Assembly (NCBI RefSeq): GCF_000150275.1
Contig: NW_002060948.1
Span: 1,077,983-1,141,982 of the forward strand
Direction: 5' to 3'
From: Trichoplax adhaerens
Lineage: Eukaryota; Animalia; Placozoa
DNA length: 64,000 nt
Shown here: one piece after another, positions 53,821 through 64,000 of the stretch
Position numbering within the stretch: position 1 is the stretch's first letter
Layout of the letters: every line of letters begins with the position of its first letter
Position numbers and translations under genes: made by a program
Notes under the pieces: model-generated
What the model was told of the DNA's origin: nothing
Databases searched by the model: none
The model's input: the letters and a program-made list of their open reading frames with translations, nothing else

Positions 53821-56800
53821 ACCCCTATGAGTGTCACATAAACCTGCGTAGATCATTAGTTACTATATTCTGTTTATTTTTAAATTTTATTTATTAACAC
53901 GAGATATATTATATATTTTTGTGGTATAAAAAAGAAGATGGTATAGTCCAGTTCAGCTATAGGTTTATTTCTAATCATTTAATTTATGTAATAAAAATTA
54001 GGCGATTGACATTGTCAAACAAATATAAAATTTAATTACTGGTATGATGAAATTTATTTCAATTTTTCATAACCATAGCATAACAATCTTTTTCTACGTA
54101 TTAATAATATCGGCATAAATTTGATTTAAAGCTATTGCTGTCTAGTATTTACCAATTGATCGTTATTTATTACAATAGACCTATTTACTTCAATGCGGAA
54201 TGAAAATAGACATTAGACTATGTCCAAGTGTATGATTACAATGGAATGATAGAGATGATACTGATTCTATTTATATGATAAGTATTTCATTCTCTATGTT
54301 ATGACTCATCCTGGTTATTGAATATTATCATTTTAATTTGGTAACGCTATCGACAAACTCACATTTTAACCAGTTATGATTCTGTGTATTTGTATTAATA
54401 CCCTACAGTTTATGTTGTATGATCGATATCATAGGAAGAGCATTTGAATTATAAATCTAAAGGTCCAAGCGAAAGTGGAACGCAAATGGTTCGATTTATT
54501 CCCATAATTTAGTGCTACGGTATAGCCACAGGAAATGATTAATATCAACTTAATGAGAATGATCTCGTTCAAGTTGTAAGCTCAGCATACTATGAAATCC
54601 AAATAATAGCTGTTACAAGTTTTATACAAATCAGACGTGAACAATTTCTATCCACTAGACTTTATAATATAGTCTATATATTAAAAAATGCGTCTGCTGC
54701 TAATAGTAAGTAATGGCTCTCCTTATTAGAAGTTATACAGTAGGCTAGCCGACAACTTTTTTCGCAGGCCTATCGTCTACGTGATATATTAGATATTCTC
54801 CGATATTGAATCAACCGCATGACAGTCGCAAGAAAGCCCCTTCTATTTGTATATAAATTAGACACAAGGATTATTTTTATACGATAATCTAAAATTCCAT
54901 AATTTTAGCATGATTAACGAGCGAATTTACATAAATTATATCTGCTAAATGCTAAAATTAATTATAGAATTATCATGATAAAAATAGATCGCAGATACCC
55001 TTAGGGTAATTGTTTCCAATAGAAAACTTGTGGTATATTTGTTATTATAATAATATAAAGTTGTTAACATATTTATAGCGCATTTATACTTTAGATCAGT
55101 CACCATAGGCTTTTAAGATATTCAATGGCGTAGTCATCAACTCAACAAAGTCTGAGTATAAATTGTTTACCATCCATAACTTTTTCTTTGCAAATTATTA
55201 CCAATAAGCCTCGATTGCTGATAATAGGGCTCCCCGTGGAGAAGTGAAATTTTAAGGAGCACTGATTAATAATCAATATCGAATGTGCTAACTGACGTCT
55301 AACCAATATTAAAATAAGTTTAACGGGAAAAAGTAAAGCATGATATAAATCATTTATGAATCTGTTTTAAATTAGATACAGAAAAGTTATGAAATAAAAA
55401 TACCATTTAGTTAATCGCACTATTATCATTAATGTTATTCAAATTTGGATACAGACAATGATTTCAATCAGTATTGAATTCGCACTTTTATTCACCACTT
55501 ATTTAATAGCTATTAGCTATAATTCAAGCACCGTTTTCTCTATTCTTTACTACTACCCATTTTAAAAGCATGATGATAAAGATATTCCCATCTCTACATA
55601 TACAATTATAGATTGCGTTAATCTAAGATCGACATTCTTAAATTTGACAACTGTCGACTGGGCAATCAAAGCGATAGAGACAATGAACGACTTATTAAAT
55701 TGTATCTTAATTAGAATAAATAAACGAGTCATCATCATAAATTCATTAACAATTGTAAAAACTCAAGACAATAAATTAGAATATAATTAGGTCGGAAAAA
55801 TTCAATTTATTACCGCACTTAAATTTATATTCTTTATTCAACATTGTATCACTCTCTTTGATGATGAATAGCAATCCATGACGCAAAGTCTTGACCCTTC
55901 TTTACATCTCTATTGCTATTTTTCTCGTATTATCAAAATAAACAATAATTTTTCTTCTATTCTTTATGACGGACATCTAAAGCAACATTAATCATTTATT
56001 GACATAGCTTACATCCCTTGTAACTAACGAGATCTTTCTTCGGTATCTTGCGAGATGCTTATTTTTACAAGTGACTTTATTCCAAATAACAAACTGTAGC
56101 TTATCATCGAGATTTAACTTGAACAGGGCTGAAAATTTTATGTTACTATATCCATTATAACAGAGTTGGTACAATCTTTATTTGCTGTTTAATTAATGAA
56201 GTTGAACTAGAAGGTAAGTAGTTTAACGATGAACCTGAACAATAAATAGCAAGAAACTGATTAGAAAGAGGATAATTATATTGTATGATGGCTAGAATGT
56301 TAAACTTTTTTCGAGTATAAACATGAAATTTTCCTATCCATTTCAAGTATTAAGACCGAGCTAAAGTTAATTCATTCTATATGCACCCTAGTAATTTGTT
56401 AGATTCAAGTTTGTTATAAAGGAGGCAATGAGAAAAATATGATAATGGTATACGATTACTCTAATTCGAAAACTTGATGAGTAACAATATCGCCCAAAAT
56501 AGAGTAAGCTTAAGGTATAGTTCGCCTTAAACTCTCTTTTTATATTTATATCTATCTGGACTTACAAATGCTAGTAAAGGTGTCATAGATGGCATTAGGA
56601 GTCCTACCGTTTTTTCTATTTTCCTTATTTAACGATAATTAAGAACAATCAATTTATTTAGCACCCTTCTACTTCACAGTTAATTTGTTTATCTTGAGCA
56701 TACGTGGCGTCGTATATAGTGTTAGAAAATATTCGAGTCTCTTAATATTTCCCTTCCTAATCCACCTTCATTATTAAGGAGACAAATCTCTTCATTTTCA

Positions 56801-57139
56801 TCTTTATCATAAGTAAATTAGATCGAAATCAAAGAGCAGATCTAAGATCGTATAAAGTATTTATCAATTTAAGTAAAATCGCAGCATTATCCATAATTGT
56901 GGCAGAGCATGATAAAGTTATTCACTGTATTAACTATCTCACAATTAGCGATGGTCAATAAAATTAATTAGTAATATCCGAAGTTGTAGTCAATAAAAGT
57001 GCTTATAATCCAACCTGATTACGTACACCTTTCAATCGGTGATGGTAATAATCAATTCAATATATTAAGAAAGTCTTTACGGAATGCTTTTGTAATCTCG
57101 TCTAATGTGGATTATCCTATTCAGCGATTGAGACCTTCG

Positions 57140-58010
57140 ATAAAAATCTGTTAGCAAAGTCCAATATAATTAGATTCTCTGTTGATGAAATATTTTCTCA
57201 TCATCGAACGTAGTTTTCTATTTAAGTTGCTAAAGAAGTTCCTAATCAGCGCCTGCGATCTTTCATGAAATCCAATAATAAAAATTTAGTAAAAAAATGT
57301 CATAAAATCCTACCGATATTTGATAAAACATAAATCTGCTGCTCAGTAATGGCCACCCATTAAATCCGTTTATTAATAAAGACCTAGTGAAAATATATTA
57401 AATCTTATTAGAAGGAATCCAAATCTTCTGCTCATCAATCATTATTTTCGGTAAAAGTTCGTTAATAAAAGCATAATAAAAAGTATCTAAAATCTTGTTT
57501 GATAAAAAATTAATTAGTCTTCGGCTAATCAATCTCTACCGTCCGGCAAATCTGTTAATAAAATATCATAAGAAATACGGTACTAAAAAATCTTATTTGA
57601 TGAAATATTAATCTCGTGCTCATCAATCCTCATCTTCGTTTAATCCGTTATTAGAACTACAGTCAAAAGTACTTAACATTTAATTCATGGAATAGGAATC
57701 TCCTGCTCAGTAATAGCAATCTTCCGTCAAATTCGTTAATAAGAGCAAAATGAGAAATACTTAAAAGTCTTATTTGACGGAATATAAATCTACAGCAATA
57801 GTAAAAACATATTCGATAGAATATGAATCTCCTGCTCAGTAATTGCCATCTTTCATCAAAATTTATTTGTAAACGCATGACAAAAAATGGTTAAAAATCT
57901 TATTTTATCCCTTGATCAGGGATTGCGATCTTGAATACAATCTGCTATTAACACCTGGATAAAAGGGATTTACATTTTCATTCAACAGCATATCTTCTAA
58001 TCAGTAATTG
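57140..58010. repeat. Degenerate tandem repeat, ~87-95-bp unit, ~8 copies
   Basis: AATCT.CTGCTCA..AAT, CG..AAA..CGTTAATAA and AAATCTTATTTGA recur at ~57333, 57422, 57516, 57610, 57697 and 57826. Confidence 0.75.
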
Positions 58011-59199
58011 CGCTGATAAATAATTCTCATTATGTTTATCATTACGGCTAATTTCTACAACATTAATCTCATATGCATTCCATAATTATTTTATTAACCT
58101 TCACTCCTAATTGGATAGTTATTCCCGGAGCTTTAACTACAGTATTTATTTTAAAATAGGTCTGGTTATCTTGTCATATTTGCGGCTAAAATTGATTGTT
58201 TCAAGCGGATTATCATCAATACTTTGGCGTTTATATTTGGTCTACACATCGATTGATCCCTTTTATTTATAGGCTTTTAATACTATGCTGTATTAATATC
58301 GCTTTCCAGTTCATATATCTTTAATTTATATACCTATATAGGTAAGAAATTGAAGGTATTTTAAATGAGATAGTATAACTACTCAGGCTAGACTATTTGT
58401 GCCATTTTGAAACATAAATCTTTCGTTTGATTGAGTAAATTAATATGACAGCTGTTACTGTAAAAAATGAGCTCCAATTCGACTTATTAATCTCGAAATA
58501 ACTATATTAAATTAGATATAGAATTATGTAGACCAGATAGAACAGTTTCTGTAAAAATTAAAATTGGATATCTCGAATTAGTTGTCTTTGAGTCAAATAT
58601 TAAAGGAGTGAATAATGGAAATTAACGTGCCTGAACAGCATGATATACCGTTTGTTTGGTCAATTTCTTACCCTAAATTATACTCACGAAGAATGGCCTA
58701 TTAATCCATTCGTTGATGGTTAATGCATTCTGGTATGGCTATAAATTTGCCTTTCGAAATGAATTATTATGTGCAAGGCAAGATTTTTTCTTTAAGACCT
58801 CTACCAATGCGTGAATTATTTTTCTTATTTTTAATTCACAGCTAGCCTAAAAGTGTGTAGAATTGATGAATAGCATCCTGCTAGGGTAATTAGCCTCTAC
58901 CCAAACTAGGTGCTTCTCTCTGTAGGGGTACTGTTATTGTATTCAAGCTGAATAAGCGCCATTTTACACTAGAAAAATGAGGCGTTAGCATGATTTAGCT
59001 CCAGTAAAGAGTACTGCTGAGATCTCAATATGGTTTACCTGACCGATTTTCGCCACAATTTGAGCAGAGTCCTTAACTCTCCATTGATCACTATTACTTT
59101 CTTGAAATATTTAGTAGCCTCTACCATAAAACAGTTCAAACCTTGTTTACTATTTCAGCAATAACGACGCAAATTATATCCGTCTTGTGGCGAAATAAC

Positions 59200-60060
59200 G
59201 TTAAATTCTGTGAGTATTTCCTTAAAAAATATTATTTATGAAGTAAAACCATCCCAATACTAGCCCATAAACTGGTTTTAAGGAGGATAAATATGCTATA
59301 AATACTTGTTAAATAGTAATAAGAGTAAATTAAACTAGAGATCGTTCATTATTCTAGTAGCAATAAGGTAATTATCCTTAAAAATCAGCTACAAAAATAG
59401 TTCGAGGGTCTGCCTCTATTTCAAGGGTTACAACAGCAAATAATCCCACTGAAAGTTTTACTATTCTCATTAATGAAGTAGAAATCATCCCAAGGTTGGC
59501 CAATAAATCAACTTTAACGAAGCCAAGTATCCTATAAAATATTTGTTTACTAGTAATAGAAGTAAATTTACTCAGAGATAGTTCATTATTCTAGTTACAA
59601 CAACGTAAATTGTCCTTGAAAATGAGTAACGAAATACTATAAGGGCCTGTAACTGTATCAAGGCTCCAATGACCACCAATTCCTCTTAAAGTCTTACTAT
59701 TCTGTCAGTATTTCCTTGAAAAATGTTATTGATGCAGTAAAAACCATGTCAAGGTAGGCCAATAAATCAATTTCAACGAAGCTAATTATGCTGTAAAATA
59801 CTTGTTAACCAGTAATAGGAGTGAATTAGCTCAAAGATCGTTCATTATTCTAGTAACAAGGTAAATAATCCTTGAAAATCAGCAATAAAATAGTATAAGT
59901 ACGGTTCTACAAGAAACTGTATATATTAAAAGGGCAACGAAAGCAAATAAATTCTCTCCAGATTTTACTGCCAATTCAACTTCAACGAAGCAAATTACTA
60001 TCCTTTAAAAACACTTGTTAACCAGTAATAGAACGACTCAAAGATTTTATACTACTTTAG
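59200..60060. repeat. Tandem repeat, ~240-260-bp unit x~3.5, upstream of the GPCR
   Basis: AAATACTTGTTAA..AGTAATA..AGT.AATT..CTC..AGAT.GTTCATTATTCTAGT...AAGGTAA..ATCCTT.AAAAT.AG at ~59301, 59537 and 59797, partial at ~60010. Confidence 0.85.
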
Positions 60061-60445
60061 GGCAACGAAGCAGACTATTTTCGTAATGTAAATTTTTCCT
60101 TCTCTCTCAACACTATAAAAACGAGCGGCCAAACTTAAGATTAGAAAGATCAATATAAAGTTTTCCCCTTTTAATTACTGTTAGCAACTAGTAAACAATA
60201 GTTGCTTGACAGGTTGTATGTATTTGATATTGAAATTATAGTAGCGTATCAAACTATAATTATCCGAAAAATAAAAGAAATTCGTTACTGTTTATTAATA
60301 TCGTTTATCTCTAAATGTACAGCAAGATTCTTCTTCTTCAAGTCTTTAATATTTCTGCTCTTATCACCACAGGATATCCTACTAGGCTAAATCTTATTCT
60401 TTAAACTCTTGTAATAAAAAACTGACGAGCAATATCTTGGCAAAA

Positions 60446-63400
60446 ATGCGCGCAAATTTGTTTCAATTGGCTATAATTATTGGATCCTTGTTTACTGTCG
60501 TAGCTCATGGTCTAAAAGATCAGAACCTTTACCTTGGTGGATTTTTTCCTCTCGAAGATTTATCCGGCAATAACTGGCAGACTGGAAACGGTATATTAGC
60601 TGCATGTCGACTTGCAGTAGATTTAATCAACAATTCTACTAATATCTTGCCAAATCATCGATTAGTCCTAATAGCTAACGACACCAAGGTAAGAAGAGTT
60701 AATAAATTTCGTTTCCCTAATAGCATTAAGTAGAAATTTTTAAAAAGCAGATAGAAGTATTCTTAGTTTTGATTATCCATGCTTCTTACTATATTCCGGT
60801 TTACCTTCTCTGGAAATATTTACAGTATAAATGATTATCAGCCCTGCTTAACATCTGCAAACCATGCCAATAAGATCTCTAACGTAATAGATACCATATT
60901 TCCGTCAATTATATCATATTATAGGGCCTTTTACCTCGAGCGCAACGAGTCCTTTTCAATTATATTTTTCGTCCACCAACTAAATTGGCTCTAATTGGTG
61001 CCGGCTATTCTAGTGTTACCGAGCCACTAGCTGCAACTTCGGCATTATGGAATTTGCTATTGGTAAACGATGAGATCTAGCTGCTGCTTATTCATTTGAA
61101 TATAATGACCAAAAAATGTCCAATAGAATATTCTATTTTGGCAAGCTATAGCTAGTTCATCATCTGCCAGCTTGTGCTAATCATGTTTCTTCAATTCCAT
61201 TTCTTTCTTATTGATGCTAGGTTTCTTATTCAGCTTCATCGCCCGTTTTGTCCAATCGCCAAAAATTTCCATATTTTTTTCGTACTATCGAATCGGAAAT
61301 TTCATTTAATAATCCACGTATTGAATTATTAAAGTACTACAATTGGAATCAGATCGCACTTTTATATGAATCGGAAAATATTTTCAGCGAGGTAAATCCA
61401 AGGACTGAATTTGTATATTAAAGAAATGATTTTACTCTAAAATTGATCAAGGTATAATGATGAAAAATAGAGTCGGTTAATGATTGATCAAACTAAACCC
61501 TTTTTATTCTTGCTCTAATCTACAGACGATGGATGATTTTCGAAGTAAAATAGCAGTTAATAATAATATCACTATAATATCATCGGAAAGTTTTGCAGAC
61601 CAGCCCAAGGAACAAGTCAAACAAATAAAAGTAAGTTAGGATTACTTTCTGTTACAAGCATTTGTCGCATTACATACTCTCCTGAGTAACGAGAATGAAT
61701 CACTGTTAGGCTTAACATTGAAATCGAATCAATTAGATAGTTTAAAATTCACCTTAAAAACGCTATTCTTAATTCTTCAAGAAATAGCAGATCCCTAATG
61801 TTATTATTTCAATCTAGTATTTATGCATTATAATTGTTATTCGATGGATATATAAAGAATATTCCATATTTCGGCTTGATAACATATTTAGTAAAATAGA
61901 CGGTCAAATTATCGCCATAATTTGTAATTTCATTCTAGTATATTACGATCATTGCCTTTCCTATGTAGTAAAATATGATGGAATAATTATTATACCAACG
62001 TGTTAGCTCAATTTCAAATTATTCAATTGCTTTAACACCTCATAAAGGATAATCTCATGATTGATCCTTATTCTAATTCTAGGAAAAAGACGCCAGAATT
62101 ATTATTGCAAGTTTCTACGAAGATACTGGAAGGAAGGTCATATGCGAAGTAAGTAAAACTGTCTAAAATTCGATTTCTAATGCAACTTTGAGTCGGTTAC
62201 TAGATAGTATAAAGCTTTAAATTGATTCTAAATTTCCATCTTGAATAATCATACAAACGACTATTGAAATAGTAACTGATAATCATTGTGAGGGTATAGC
62301 ATTCATTTCTAGGTAACATACTCGAATATTCTCTGTTTCGTAGTCTTACAAAGACTGCTGTAGTTTACTATAATAATCTGTTACAAATGACTCTGAAATT
62401 TGTTAAATCAACACAGATTACATATATAATATTTACTACTAGTAGATATTAATGAATGACCGTAATCTAAGTCACAGTAAAATATATCCATCAATGTAAG
62501 CTATTCTGTTAGATTTTTATAAATAATTATGAAATTTATCAAATCAACAAAGTTTATGTATTAAATAATTATGTACAGTAGATACTAATAAATCTCAGTA
62601 ATTTAAATTATAATGAGACATATCCATCAATATTAGTTATGACTAGTATTAGTGTATCTAATCGAATGGACATCGATTCCTACTATTAAAAAATTATATT
62701 ACAAGAATTGCACCATGATCGACCCTTTTCCATTTCTTACGCATTTTGTCTTGCAATTGACTTGAAATTAGGCTTACCATCATGGTTTATTCGGTGCCAA
62801 ATATGTTTGGATTTTAATCGGATGGTTAGAAGTGAATTGGTGGGATGTAGCGGTAACGGTTTCATCTGGTCAGTGTACTCGAGAACAAATGCGTGAAGTA
62901 ATTACAGGCCAGATTGCAATTGATTTAACCTATGTACGCAAAGATGATAAGAGAGCAATTTCTGGCCAGGTGATGAAGGATGGAAAAGCAATTTTAACTT
63001 GCAATTTATCTCTAATTCTTGCATAATTCTATTAAATGATCGATTTTTTAACGATAGTATAACTACAAGGAATTTAACGAATTTAAATATTAGCTTTTCT
63101 GAAATTATAGATGTATACGATCATTCACTGATAGTAGTATAACGTAATAGATGTTGATAATCTTTGCCATGATTGACATAAAGGGTAGATTTTATCTAAA
63201 TTATCATTGCCGTAAGATATGCCAGACTAACAAATTTAAATATCAATCTCACTGGAGAATCATTGCCACAAACTGATTTACTCATTAGTGGTCCTACTAT
63301 CTATCTCTAGACCGCATCAGAATTTACGCAAGCCTATTCTGAATTAGTACCTAATGTTAACAAACGCGATCTCTACGCTGCTTTTGCCTATGATGCTGTT

Positions 63401-64000
63401 TACGCTATCGCCTTAGCTCTAAATCAGAGTGAAGTAGATCTAGTCAAGTATAACAAAACTTTGAGCGATTTCACTTATAACGATCTTCAAATGGCCCGAA
63501 TATTTAGAACGAATATGCAAAATTTACTATTTGAAGGCATTTCTGTAAGTGTACTTGATAATTATCAAAAAATGATTTGTATTCACTTATACAGCAAGAA
63601 TAAGGTATCAAATTTATTTAACATGTTCAATTAAGTTATTAATGAACTATTTATTACAGGGGACAGTTAGTTTTACAGCCAAAGGTACTCGAATTGGTAC
63701 TATCGTCTATCAACAAATGCAAAGTAAGAAATTTTAGCCTCTATAGGTCTTATTATGATGATATATTAATTATTGGCTCACTCTCCTTATGTCTTATTGG
63801 ATTGAAAATGGGAAACCTATAACGCCTGTTATTGAATTATTTTTTATCCCATTGCTATATCTTGCATACTTTCCTTTATTTTAGTACAGTAGGTATCTAA
63901 CATTGAAACTGTTTATAAATATAAACATTTACTCGTATTTCCTTTACTTCCAAATCGTTTAACAGAAGATGACTGGAACTTGCACTCATGCTCTTTTATC
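60446..64000 (+). CDS. GABA-B receptor-like class C GPCR, Venus flytrap domain exons (3'-truncated by window end)
   Basis: Signal peptide MRANLFQLAIIIGSLFTVVAHG. Then LYLGGFFPL...GILAACRLAVDLINNSTNILPNHRL..NDTK, KLALIGAGYSSVTEPLAATSALWNL, VSYSASSPVLSNRQKFPYFFRT, EKDARIIIASFYE..GRKVICEAY..GLFGAKYVWILIGW, AYDAVYAIALALN, L.DFTY and FEGISGTVSF. Confidence 0.92.

Noticed and set aside
57663-57878. ORF within the ~90-bp repeat array as a repeat-protein exon
   Set aside because: Unit lengths are not consistent multiples of three and neighbouring units contain stops.

Overview
Eukaryotic, AT-rich, gene-dense animal DNA with very short introns. The architecture and gene content suggest a placozoan (Trichoplax-like) genome; this is inferred, not proven. 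Genes were reconstructed by hand-splicing GT-AG exons. In order: 3' part of alpha-actinin (+), DZANK1 (-), presenilin (+, interrupted by an N gap), POLR3F/RPC6 (-), spastin (-), an orphan 391-aa ORF made of two copies of an unrecognised ~130-aa domain (+), a degenerate CRT-like fragment, two divergently transcribed CRT-like transporters, kaptin (+), GEMIN6 (-), ALKBH6 (+), and the 5' half of a GABA-B-like class C GPCR (+). Non-coding features are several degenerate tandem repeats, a small hairpin/MITE-like element, and arrays of TACAGTA/TACTGTA-type words upstream of most housekeeping genes. The best leads are: (1) promoter arrays built from words matching Tc1/mariner excision footprints; (2) a spastin membrane-anchor extension with no in-frame AUG, suggesting a UUG/AUU start; (3) the orphan tandem-domain protein; (4) a CRT-like transporter cluster with lysosomal sorting tails; (5) a PSEN2-type ETTSLM sorting motif; (6) a U12-type intron candidate in alpha-actinin. 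Exon boundaries were read by eye and may be off by a few nt. Most short ORFs in the supplied track are intronic or antisense noise.
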